Source of the DNA: a virus
Length of the DNA stretch: 36,672 bases
Strand: one strand, 5' to 3'
Virus record (IMG/VR): IMGVR_UViG_3300045988_092103
The translations under genes and the position numbers were made by a program. Shown here in pieces: positions 7,955-15,698 of the stretch. Under the pieces are notes generated by a model that was not told the DNA's origin, made no database searches, and saw only the letters and a program-made list of their open reading frames with translations. The first letter of the stretch is position 1. Every line of letters starts with the position of its first letter.

Positions 7955-8384
7955 GGTTTTCTTCCTTTTCCCGCATTTTAGACTGTAGTCTATCGGAATA
8001 CCGCGTAGACTCAGAAAACTCTAAGCTTACACGATGTTTTTCCATCTGCTCCGACAGCTCCTGCCAGAGCTCTTTGTTCTTGATCTCTTTTCCATGTGGT
8101 CTGCGCCACTCTTCCCGTTTCCATTTGTCCATATTTCCTTCGTTTATGGTTGTGACCAGGAACTGATCCGGCGTGTAGGCAGTCACTTCACACGGTCGGA
8201 GCATTCTCAGACCGACAAGGATAGCAATCATACTCATACGGTGGTATGTCGTCTTCTGTTCGGTCTCGATCTGTGCTTTCACTGCCGGTCCTTTCTTAGT
8301 CTCGCATTCTACCAGAGCGATGCACTTTCCGTTTTTTGCGGTTGGTCCCCGGAAGTTTACTTCCGTGAACAGTTCTATCTTCAT
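7944..8384 (-). CDS. RNase HI-like protein with non-canonical active-site positions
   Basis: The ATG is preceded by AAGGAGGA. By-eye alignment to E. coli RNase HI pairs IELFTEVN with VEIFTDGS, TTYHRMSMIAIL with TTNNRMELMAAI, CEVTAYTPDQFL with CEVILSTDSQYV, and KEIKNKELWQEL with KPVKNVDLWQRL. Confidence 0.6.
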   Translation of the reverse strand: MKIELFTEVNFRGPTAKNGKCIALVECETKKGPAVKAQIETEQKTTYHRMSMIAILVGLRMLRPCEVTAYTPDQFLVTTINEGNMDKWKREEWRRPHGKEIKNKELWQELSEQMEKHRVSLEFSESTRYSDRLQSKMREKEENHEI

Positions 8385-9135
8385 CTTCCGTCCTCCTTAT
8401 CCGGATCATTTCATAATGCCGATATGGAAATCCGGTTGCTTTGTTGATTCCTTCAAAATAGGTGTCCTTTACTATGTAGTATCCTTTTTTCGGTCTCGGT
8501 TCTTTTTGCCACCGGTACAGAATATCCGTCTCCGGTTCCGGAAGCGGCATATTTCTGGATCTTGAAAAACTCGCTTCTTTGATCTTGTGATCCAGAACAC
8601 CGTCCTCCACATATTTTTTCTGTGTTTTCTCATTTTTTGTGATGTACTGGGCGAGTTTCCGGAACTCTCCTTTTTCGTATAGCAACTGCTTATTCCGAAC
8701 CTTCCCATGCTTCCAGGCTGCAGCTATGATCAGATCAGTATCCTGGATTCGGTTCAGAACTACATGAACATGCCAGTTGCCAGACGGCGTGCATTCAATA
8801 TTCCGGAGCCACCGGAGTTCCTCGCCACGTTTCCGGTATTCTTTCTTGCAATATTTATAAAAATCTTCAAAATCTTTTACCGCTTGCTTCATGTCCGCCG
8901 GACGTTCTTCTTTCGGATATGTGAGAGTAAAGAAGTAATCATTCACTTTGAAATACATCCGGAGTCTGTGACGTGCCTTCCTTTCCCTGGTCCATTGGTT
9001 GACCTGCTCCACTTCCTCCGGTGTGGCTTTCTTCTTCTTGGCTCTCTTCTCTCCCGGTGCTCCATACCTTCCGTCCAGATATTCCTGTCTCTCTATAACG
9101 TTTCCCAAATCGTATGTCACTCGTCTGATTCTCAT
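8296..9135 (-). CDS. HUH-type rolling-circle replication initiator (Rep)
   Basis: Three Rep motifs occur in order: FFTLTYP (motif 1), HVHVVL (HUH, motif 2) and AQYITKN (YxxK, motif 3). The 3' end overlaps the next gene by 89 nt. Confidence 0.7.
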   Translation of the reverse strand: MRIRRVTYDLGNVIERQEYLDGRYGAPGEKRAKKKKATPEEVEQVNQWTRERKARHRLRMYFKVNDYFFTLTYPKEERPADMKQAVKDFEDFYKYCKKEYRKRGEELRWLRNIECTPSGNWHVHVVLNRIQDTDLIIAAAWKHGKVRNKQLLYEKGEFRKLAQYITKNEKTQKKYVEDGVLDHKIKEASFSRSRNMPLPEPETDILYRWQKEPRPKKGYYIVKDTYFEGINKATGFPYRHYEMIRIRRTEDEDRTVHGSKLPGTNRKKRKVHRSGRMRD

Positions 9136-9173
9136 AGCGTGTCCTCATAACTTTAATAGTCTTATCAAGTTAT

Positions 9174-9192
9174 TAAAAAGGGCAGTCGCCCT
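9174..9192 (-). terminator. Putative intrinsic terminator (minus strand) upstream of rep
   Basis: The minus strand reads AGGGC-GACT-GCCCT followed by TTTTT. The stem is short (5 bp). Confidence 0.4.
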
Positions 9193-9200
9193 GTAAATAC

Positions 9201-9301
9201 TTGACTTTCCAGCCGCTAAAAGGTACACTATAAGTGCTTAGATTATTCGTGTACCTTTATGGTTGCGGCGCTTGCGATATTTCTTTTCGCAAGCGTTTTT
9301 T
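9201..9301 (+). ncRNA. Candidate small plus-strand transcription unit or origin-associated structured region
   Basis: TTGACT (9201-9206), a 17-nt spacer, then TACACT (9224-9229). A 10-bp perfect stem pairs aaaggtacac (9219-9228) with gtgtaccttt (9249-9258). A 9-bp stem pairs cgcttgcga (9269-9277) with tcgcaagcg (9287-9295) and is followed by TTTTTT on the plus strand. There is no ORF. Confidence 0.3.
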
Positions 9302-9656
9302 ATTCTTCTTTTAAGTACGAAAAATTCATTTTCAGGAATACCATCAGAGCTTCCGCATCATCCGGTGCTTCAATATCTTCTCCGGCTGCAATTGCAAATA
9401 CAATATCTCCTAAGATTGGCCATCCGTGCCTGTCTGCATCATAAAAATAGCTTCCAAGGCGGTTGACTTCTTTCTGCTTCATTATTCCATCCTCATCCAC
9501 TAACATGATCACAGGCATCTTGAATGTCTCATATAATGTTTTCGTGCTTACGATTTCAAAATGCCCGCCTACTGCTTTCTGCAGATCACGAAAATCATCA
9601 AAGTTTACATCTATTGCTGAAATAATGTTATCCGGTGTTACTTTTACCGTTTTCAC
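9300..9656 (-). CDS. DUF3846 family protein
   Basis: MKTVKVTPDN ... LQKAVGGHFEIV ... MLVDEDG ... GDIVFAIAAGED fits the remembered DUF3846 pattern. Confidence 0.6.
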   Translation of the reverse strand: MKTVKVTPDNIISAIDVNFDDFRDLQKAVGGHFEIVSTKTLYETFKMPVIMLVDEDGIMKQKEVNRLGSYFYDADRHGWPILGDIVFAIAAGEDIEAPDDAEALMVFLKMNFSYLKEE

Positions 9657-9850
9657 TGCTTGTCCTCCAATACTACTGTTTTTCTGCCAGCTTCTTTCAA
9701 GCTGTCTACATATTGTTCCAAATATGGGATTGCATTTTGTTTGAAATACTCGGAATCACGGTTGACTCTTTCTATTGATTTCAAAGTCTCAATCCACTCA
9801 TTCAGCTTCTCCACCCGAATCCGCTTCTTACGCTGCTTCTCTTCCGGCAT
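9653..9850 (-). CDS. Hypothetical protein
   Basis: 65-aa ORF with an ATGA-type overlap with the downstream gene. Confidence 0.55.
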   Translation of the reverse strand: MPEEKQRKKRIRVEKLNEWIETLKSIERVNRDSEYFKQNAIPYLEQYVDSLKEAGRKTVVLEDKQ

Positions 9851-10064
9851 GTTCCTTCGCCTCCCTTATTTTCCTTTTCCTGTACTGCCATTCCCGTATC
9901 CGGAAATATTCCAGTGCAAATGCTCCGGTAGTAAGTGTTGTGATTCCAAGTGCTGCATATAAGTAAAACAGCTCCTGACTTTTCACTGAGCACGCACCAG
10001 CCATCATCAAGATTCCGATAATACTTGCCGTTACGCTGAGTGTCTTTGCGATCTTGTAAAACAT
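9828..10064 (-). CDS. Small membrane protein (two predicted TM helices)
   Basis: Hydrophobic segments LSVTASIIGILMMAGA and LYAALGITTLTTGAFAL are followed by a basic tail. Confidence 0.55.
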   Translation of the reverse strand: MFYKIAKTLSVTASIIGILMMAGACSVKSQELFYLYAALGITTLTTGAFALEYFRIREWQYRKRKIREAKEHAGREAA

Positions 10065-10100
10065 CTCTTATCCCTCCTTTGCTTGTCCAACCGGTACCGC

Positions 10101-10250
10101 TTACGCGGTTTTCTCCTGCTGGTACCCAAAATGCTCTACAAACTTTCTGGTCATTTCCATGACTGCCTTTTGCTTTTCCTCCGGCATCATGGCTGCCATG
10201 TCAATTTCTTTTCCATCAATTTCTGCAATAAAAATATGTTGCAAATCCAC
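10101..10250 (-). CDS. Possible small ORF (49 aa, GTG/TTG start)
   Basis: Not in the track because it is under 60 aa. GAGAGGTGG precedes the GTG/TTG start. The ORF fills the 10065-10260 gap on the operon strand. Confidence 0.3.
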   Translation of the reverse strand: MDLQHIFIAEIDGKEIDMAAMMPEEKQKAVMEMTRKFVEHFGYQQEKTA

Positions 10251-10365
10251 CACCTCTCTTTAAACTATGCGATGCTGGTTGTACTTGTTGATTTGTCCTA
10301 CGTTTTCTCCTATACTTTTAACTACAGGCACTGCCATGCCGAGTCTGAAAGAAAGGAGATTCTTA

Positions 10366-10782
10366 ATGAAACTTGATATTTCCTGCATTCGCGCTATTCT
10401 TTTTACAGTAGAAAAATACGAAACACTCTATGATCCTGTATCTTTTGACGATACCAAATATGATTACTATAGCGATTATCTTTCCGAATACGATACTGAA
10501 CAAATCCTATATCATGTCCAATACTGTATAAAAGCAAACCTTTTATCAGATGTTTCTGGTACAAAAGCATGGGGACATACTCAATTCGATTGTTGTCTTG
10601 AACCTCTTGGTCATGAATTTATTGCCAATACGCGAACTGAAGAAAATTGGAAACATACTCAATCGCTTTTCAATAAAATCGGTGGTGCAAGTCTTAAGGT
10701 CGTTTCTGCTATTGCCGAAGGTGTGACGACATCTCTTGCAAACAAATATCTTCCCGAAGAGATCTCTAAATTTAAGCCTTAA
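10366..10782 (+). CDS. DUF2513-like (winged-helix) protein, encoded opposite to its neighbours
   Basis: The ATG at 10366 is preceded by AAAGGAGA. The product reads MKLDISCIRAILFTVEKYE ... EYDTEQILYHVQYCIKANLL. The track ORF begins at 10267. Confidence 0.6.
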   Translation: MKLDISCIRAILFTVEKYETLYDPVSFDDTKYDYYSDYLSEYDTEQILYHVQYCIKANLLSDVSGTKAWGHTQFDCCLEPLGHEFIANTRTEENWKHTQSLFNKIGGASLKVVSAIAEGVTTSLANKYLPEEISKFKP

Positions 10783-10960
10783 TCCATTTTTCTACTGTTT
10801 TCTGTGTCACTATCTTGATACACTCCATCATTTCCTGTTCGGTTGGTGGAGTGTATCCTCTGTCAACAATAAAATACATCAGTGCCTTCGTTCTTGTTCT
10901 TTCTATTCCCCACTTTGCCATAAACAGAATTATGACTACAATGCTGATCAGCAATTCCAT
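10772..10960 (-). CDS. Small membrane protein
   Basis: 62 aa with an N-terminal TM segment, ELLISIVVIILFMA. Confidence 0.5.
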   Translation of the reverse strand: MELLISIVVIILFMAKWGIERTRTKALMYFIVDRGYTPPTEQEMMECIKIVTQKTVEKWIKA

Positions 10961-11024
10961 TTAATCACCTCTTTTCATATCTTAGACATGCGGTTCTGGT
11001 TGTCTCTCTTACTTTGTCCTCGCC

Positions 11025-11744
11025 TTATTCCTTTAAAAACTTATTTATGAAATATTGCTGACCTTTTCCTGTAACTTTCGTGGTCTTATTGATCCTTACG
11101 GATCCATCCGGATTATTTACCGTGGATTCTTTTACCTGGAACAACTGCAATTCCATCGATTTCTGTGTTGGCATGTTATAATCCGTTCCTTTTCTCCGGA
11201 TCAGATAGCCATTTGCACGCAGCCACTCAAAGAGTCTCTTCGGACCAGTATCCACTCCATTCTGCTTCAGGAGCTTTGCAAGATCCGCAATCAGGATTGT
11301 GCTCTGACTTGTTGCTACCGCATCCGCGAATACTTCTTTCGGTTTCATCCGGACATTGTCCTCCAGAAGGAGTGCATTGTTGTGCTTCAGCTTTTCGATG
11401 GTCTTATCTGCCATCTTTAATGCTCTGGCAAAAACCTGTTCCGGTGTGTTCCAAGCTTTCTCCAGATCTATAAAGTATTGGCGGATCTGTTTGCCTTCCG
11501 GTGATCGCTGGAGCATGCAGATTTCTTTTGCCATATCAATTTTCATGGCAAATTCCTCGGAAGGTCTGCCACCGGTACTTTCTTCCATTTTTGGAAAAAA
11601 GTCTTTTCCATCTTCAAAGCCATATTCGCACATGCGCCTGAACCAAGTTGTAAAATTGCTTTTAATATTTAATCGATCATAAAGCTCTCTGGCTGAAACA
11701 GTAGGTTCTTCTGTTTCATAATTTATTTTTAGCAAATCCTGCAT
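11025..11744 (-). CDS. Phage antirepressor (AntA-like N-terminus, KilAC-like C-terminus)
   Basis: The N-terminus reads VSARELYDRLNIKSNFTTWFRRMCEYGFEDGKDF. The C-terminus reads IADLAKLLKQNGVDTGPKRLFEWLRANGYLIRR ... PTQKSMELQLF. Confidence 0.85.
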   Translation of the reverse strand: MQDLLKINYETEEPTVSARELYDRLNIKSNFTTWFRRMCEYGFEDGKDFFPKMEESTGGRPSEEFAMKIDMAKEICMLQRSPEGKQIRQYFIDLEKAWNTPEQVFARALKMADKTIEKLKHNNALLLEDNVRMKPKEVFADAVATSQSTILIADLAKLLKQNGVDTGPKRLFEWLRANGYLIRRKGTDYNMPTQKSMELQLFQVKESTVNNPDGSVRINKTTKVTGKGQQYFINKFLKE

Positions 11745-11748
11745 CCTA

Positions 11749-11910
11749 TCACCTCACTCTCTGATTCTCTGCACAAAGCGCATATCCTTTTACAATTCCA
11801 ATGACTTCACCTTTCTTTTCTTCCGGAATCTTATTCAGGATGGCAACCAACTCTTTTGCATCATCTTTTTTCTTTTCTACTGTGTCTGCATATAAATTTG
11901 CATTTACCAT
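11749..11910 (-). CDS. Small ORF in the cro position (53 aa)
   Basis: Not in the track. The ATG at 11910 is preceded by GAGGTGAGGA. It is the first gene of the early leftward operon and is divergent from the repressor. No obvious HTH. Confidence 0.5.
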   Translation of the reverse strand: MVNANLYADTVEKKKDDAKELVAILNKIPEEKKGEVIGIVKGYALCAENQRVR

Positions 11911-11953
11911 TTATCCTCACCTCTTTCTGTCTAATCGTATCTCCCCTATATAT

Positions 11954-12004
11954 ATATTATTCCCCATTGTCTAGTTTGTCAATATATTTTTTGCATTTAT
12001 ATTT
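11954..12004. promoter_or_regulatory. Back-to-back divergent promoters with overlapping -35 boxes
   Basis: Plus strand: TTGTCA (11976-81), 16 nt, TATATT (11998-12003). Minus strand: TTGACA (rc of 11977-82), 17 nt, TAATAT (rc of 11954-59). Confidence 0.5.
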
Positions 12005-12025
12005 ACAGAGGGGGTTTTTAGGTGT

Positions 12026-12041
12026 ATTCTGATTACAGAAT
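12026..12041. promoter_or_regulatory. Palindromic operator candidate
   Basis: ATTCTG-ATTA-CAGAAT is a perfect 6-4-6 palindrome in the leader of the repressor gene. Confidence 0.35.
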
Positions 12042-12063
12042 CACATAGAAAGGAGGACTTCAA

Positions 12064-12417
12064 ATGTCTACAAGCGAACGCTTACGTCAGTTGCGTAAGG
12101 ACCTCGGCATGACTCAAGAAGAATTTGGTCGCCGTATCGGTGTTTCCAACACAGCAATTTCTAAATTAGAAAAAAATGAGCGCAATTTAACAGAACAAAC
12201 TGCTAAATCCATTTGCAGAGAATTTCGTGTAAATTATTTCTGGCTTACCGAAGGAAAAGGTGATATGTTCACTGGCACTCCTGAAAGTGTGGTTGATGAG
12301 ATTGCTGAAGATTATAATCTGGATGATATTGATAAGAAAATTATTGAAAAGTATCTGGAACTTTCAGCTGATCAAAGACAGGTATTAAAAGAATATTTGA
12401 AGAGTATTTTTACATAA
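12064..12417 (+). CDS. CI-like repressor (XRE-family HTH)
   Basis: The SD is AAGGAGGA. The HTH reads RLRQLRKDLGMTQEEFGRRIGVSNTAISKLEKNERN. The gene is divergent from the early lytic operon. Confidence 0.8.
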   Translation: MSTSERLRQLRKDLGMTQEEFGRRIGVSNTAISKLEKNERNLTEQTAKSICREFRVNYFWLTEGKGDMFTGTPESVVDEIAEDYNLDDIDKKIIEKYLELSADQRQVLKEYLKSIFT

Positions 12418-12442
12418 TAAAAAACGGGCTTACCTGCCCGTT
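12417..12442 (-). terminator. Intrinsic terminator (strong on the minus strand, possibly bidirectional)
   Basis: The minus strand reads AACGGGC-AGGTAA-GCCCGTT followed by TTTTTTATT. It lies between convergent genes. Confidence 0.65.
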
Positions 12443-12558
12443 CTCCTGATAAAAAACTTATGTACATAATTGAATATACGTTTGAGATGTTCTGGATTGT
12501 TGATTTTCTGGATCATTTCAATTATGTATTCTTTATACTCTTCATTACTCATTTTCAT
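12430..12558 (-). CDS. Small ORF (42 aa)
   Basis: Not in the track. The ATG is preceded by GGAGGGG. The product is MKMSNEEYKEYIIEMIQKINNPEHLKRIFNYVHKFF. The stop lies in the terminator loop. Confidence 0.4.
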   Translation of the reverse strand: MKMSNEEYKEYIIEMIQKINNPEHLKRIFNYVHKFFIRRTGR

Positions 12559-12732
12559 ACCCCTCCAGTCTCGGCGTTTCCGAACGTATGTTTGCTTTTA
12601 TATTACATCTTGTGGCACATATTTTCAAGAGTTTCGCAAACATTTGTTCTGTTTATTATACTTTCTACTATAATAACAATCCAAGTCTGGAGAAGTAACG
12701 CGATTTTTGAATTTGTCCGAGAACTCGGACAC

Positions 12733-12930
12733 TTATTTGTACGGAGAGTCAAATAAGTCTGTAATTTTTACTTTTAATCCGATTGCCAACTGTTCCAATG
12801 TATTCATTCGTGGATCGCTTCGACCGCTTATAATATCGCTGATTGTAGAACGTGGCAATCCCGTCATAACGGACACCTGGCGGATTGTCAGATTCCGCTC
12901 ATTCATAATTTGCAATAATAATATTTTCAT
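12733..12930 (-). CDS. XRE-family HTH regulator
   Basis: The HTH reads LTIRQVSVMTGLPRSTISDIISGRSDPRMNTLEQLAIGL. The start is the ATG at 12930 or the TTG at 12954. It is divergent from the 13011 gene. Confidence 0.75.
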   Translation of the reverse strand: MKILLLQIMNERNLTIRQVSVMTGLPRSTISDIISGRSDPRMNTLEQLAIGLKVKITDLFDSPYK

Positions 12931-13010
12931 GTTTTTATTATCTGCAAAACTCAAAAAAATATGTACATTGATAAAGTGAATAAAATACTTTACATAAGGG
13001 GGATTGACTT

Positions 13011-13964
13011 ATGGGATTAAGATTTAAAAAAAGTATAAAAATAGCTCCAGGAGTCAAATTGAATTTGAACAAGAATAGTACCAGCGTGACTTTTGGTGCG
13101 CGCGGAGCTCATTACACGGTTAATTCTAAAGGAAAGAAAACTGCTTCCATTGGAATACCAGGAACCGGCATCTCTTATGTCCAATCGACAAAAAGTAGCA
13201 CGCATTCCCAGCAACCTAAAAAGCAACCAATTTCATCGCAATATAGTGCTCCAAATTATAATGGAGACGATGAAAAATGGTACCAGAAAACAGGATGGAT
13301 TATCGCATTATTGATTTTATTTTTCCCAGCTGGTCTGTTTCTTATGTGGAAATATTCCAATTGGAAAAAACCTGTAAAATGTACCATAACAGCTCTAATC
13401 CTTATTTGTGCTGTTATAGGGGTTACTACTCCTTCCAAATTAAAACAAATTACATTGTCAGCAGATACGACTGCTGCTTATGATATCAATCAAGATATTG
13501 TAATATCCATAACAACTGATCCGTATGATTATGAAGTGTCCGAAAAAGATTTCAAAATCACTGGTGGCAAAATAAAGACAGATGAAAATTCCTTTATTTT
13601 CAGTTCGTCCCAAGCTGGATCTTATAAAGTTTACGCCGAACACAATGGAATAAAAAGCAACGAATTAACACTAAAGGTTGAAGATAAAGCAGCAATTGCC
13701 GCAAAGGAAGCTGAGGATAAACGTATTGCAGAAGAAAAAGCTACTCAAGAAGCTGCTGCCCAGGCAGAATCTCAAGAGCAGGTTCCTGCGGATTCGCAAG
13801 TCGTTTCTCAAGAAAACGATGATCCGATAGTTTATATTACTAATACAGGTGAAAAATACCATCGAGATGGTTGTCGTTTCTTAGATCAGTCAAAAATAGA
13901 AAAACATTTATCCGAAGTCAAAGGAAATCATGAGCCATGTGGAGTATGTAACCCTCCACAATAA
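13011..13964 (+). CDS. DUF4236-domain membrane protein with a C-terminal Cys/His motif (lysogeny-module moron)
   Basis: The N-terminus MGLRFKKSIKIAPGVKLNLNKNSTSVTFGARGAHYTV...IGIPGTGISY is DUF4236-like. Two TM helices follow (WIIALLILFFPAGLFLMW, ITALILICAVIGV). The C-terminus reads GEKYHRDGCRFL...HEPCGVCNP. Confidence 0.7.
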   Translation: MGLRFKKSIKIAPGVKLNLNKNSTSVTFGARGAHYTVNSKGKKTASIGIPGTGISYVQSTKSSTHSQQPKKQPISSQYSAPNYNGDDEKWYQKTGWIIALLILFFPAGLFLMWKYSNWKKPVKCTITALILICAVIGVTTPSKLKQITLSADTTAAYDINQDIVISITTDPYDYEVSEKDFKITGGKIKTDENSFIFSSSQAGSYKVYAEHNGIKSNELTLKVEDKAAIAAKEAEDKRIAEEKATQEAAAQAESQEQVPADSQVVSQENDDPIVYITNTGEKYHRDGCRFLDQSKIEKHLSEVKGNHEPCGVCNPPQ

Positions 13965-14175
13965 AATAAATAAAAACCGCTCCTGCGCCAACAGGAACGG
14001 TCGAGCGATGGAAACATACGCCAATATGTTTCTCTATTAAGTACTCCGAAGAGATACCCAATTTCCAAATAATAGTGTATCATCTTCAGGCAGCCACCGC
14101 AAGCAGAACTCATGTTCTTCTGCTGGCTGTTATTTTTGTACCCTTTTTTACATAAAATACAAAGGAGCTGATACA

Positions 14176-15663
14176 ATGAGCCTAAAATATGCATACGGAT
14201 ATATCCGTGTATCCACCCACGATCAGGAAGAAATCTCTCCGGATTCCCAGGAGCATCTCCTCCGGGATTATGCAGCCAAAAATAATATTGTAATCCTGAA
14301 GATCTTCACGGATCTCGGTATCTCCGGAAGAAAAGCCGATAAACGTCCCGGATTTCAGGAAATGATTGGTCTGGCCAAAGGTCCCGATCATCCGGTTGAC
14401 TGCATCCTGGTATGGAAATTCAGCCGGTTCGCCCGGAATCAGGAAGAGTCCATTGTGTATAAATCTCTTTTAAAGAAGCAACATAATGTAGATGTGATCA
14501 GTATCTCCGAGCCACTGGCAGACGGTCCGTTCGGCTCTCTGATCGAACGTATCATAGAGTGGATGGACGAATACTACTCCATTCGCTTATCCGGTGAGGT
14601 ATTCCGTGGCATGAAAGAAAACGCTACCCGCGGTGCATACCAGGCAAGACCGCCGCTCGGCTATAAAGTTGTAGAACGTGGTAAGCCTCCGGTTATTGTT
14701 CCGGAAGAAGCTGCGATTGTCCGTATGATCTTTGATAAATATGTAAATGGGAAAATGAGTTTCTTTGATATTGCCCGACATCTGAACTCTCTCGGACTGA
14801 AAACGTCCCATGGGAAAGCTTTTGAACGGCGCAGTATCGAATATATTATTCAAAATCCATCCTACTGCGGTATGATCCGATGGAACCGGATGGAAAACGC
14901 CACCAACCGGATCAAAAACCAGGACGAGTGGATCATTGCTGACGGAATGCAGGAGGCGATTATAAGTAAAGAACTCTTCGATGCCGCCCAGGAACGCCTG
15001 AAAAAGATCTATAAACCGGTTGGAAAGCGCCCCTCTTCTACATATAAGCACTGGCTGTCCGGACTGCTGAAATGCCCGGTATGTGGGCGCACACTGACCG
15101 CTACGACCATGGAGCGAGCCAACGGGGAAAAATATGCGTACTTCTCCTGCTACGGATACAGCAAAGGAAAATGTGATAAACCACACGGTGTAAGCTCTCT
15201 GGTGATTGAAAAGGAAGTCCTGAAAGCATTAGAAGAAGCTCTTGGTTCCAATTCGATTGTTTATGAAATGCGCGAAATTCGCCCACAGGAGCTTTCTAAT
15301 GAGCGTACCCTTATAAGCGAACGCCTTGCCAGTTTGAAAGGTAAAGAGGACAGGATACGTGCGTCATACAGAGAGGGTATTGATACACTGGAAGAATATA
15401 AAGAAAACAAAGCTCTGATTGCCAAAGAAAGAGATGCTCTGGAACAGCAGCTTGCGGAACTTGAAGAAAATGCACCGGATAAAACTCCGGAAGATTCTAC
15501 TCCTAAAATGCTGGATCGGGTAAGCTCCGTCCATGATATTCTGGTTTCTGATTCTTACTCTCTTGTCCAGAAAAATGAAGCTTTAAAGCAGATTATAGAT
15601 AAGATTGTTTACGATCGGGAATCCGATACTCTGAAAATTCATTTCTTTTTATACCACTCATAA
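14176..15663 (+). CDS. Large serine recombinase (integrase)
   Basis: The resolvase-type N-terminus is YGYIRVSTHDQ. A recombinase domain follows, then the zinc ribbon CPVCGRTL...FSCYGYSKGKC and a C-terminal coiled coil. Confidence 0.92.
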   Translation: MSLKYAYGYIRVSTHDQEEISPDSQEHLLRDYAAKNNIVILKIFTDLGISGRKADKRPGFQEMIGLAKGPDHPVDCILVWKFSRFARNQEESIVYKSLLKKQHNVDVISISEPLADGPFGSLIERIIEWMDEYYSIRLSGEVFRGMKENATRGAYQARPPLGYKVVERGKPPVIVPEEAAIVRMIFDKYVNGKMSFFDIARHLNSLGLKTSHGKAFERRSIEYIIQNPSYCGMIRWNRMENATNRIKNQDEWIIADGMQEAIISKELFDAAQERLKKIYKPVGKRPSSTYKHWLSGLLKCPVCGRTLTATTMERANGEKYAYFSCYGYSKGKCDKPHGVSSLVIEKEVLKALEEALGSNSIVYEMREIRPQELSNERTLISERLASLKGKEDRIRASYREGIDTLEEYKENKALIAKERDALEQQLAELEENAPDKTPEDSTPKMLDRVSSVHDILVSDSYSLVQKNEALKQIIDKIVYDRESDTLKIHFFLYHS

Positions 15664-15698
15664 TGCCGGGAACCCACGTATTTACGGGCTTTCCGGCT

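Noticed and set aside
8296-8384. The 89-nt overlap between rep and the RNase-H-like gene as evidence of a frameshifted or pseudogenised rep
   Set aside because: All three Rep motifs lie upstream of the overlap and the downstream gene has a strong SD. A genuine overlap is plausible, and this cannot be resolved from sequence alone.
14091-14137. Hairpin plus T-run upstream of the integrase gene as a terminator
   Set aside because: The stem is interrupted (6-bp outer and 5-bp inner stems with a large internal loop), which is too weak to call. The region remains a secondary attP candidate.
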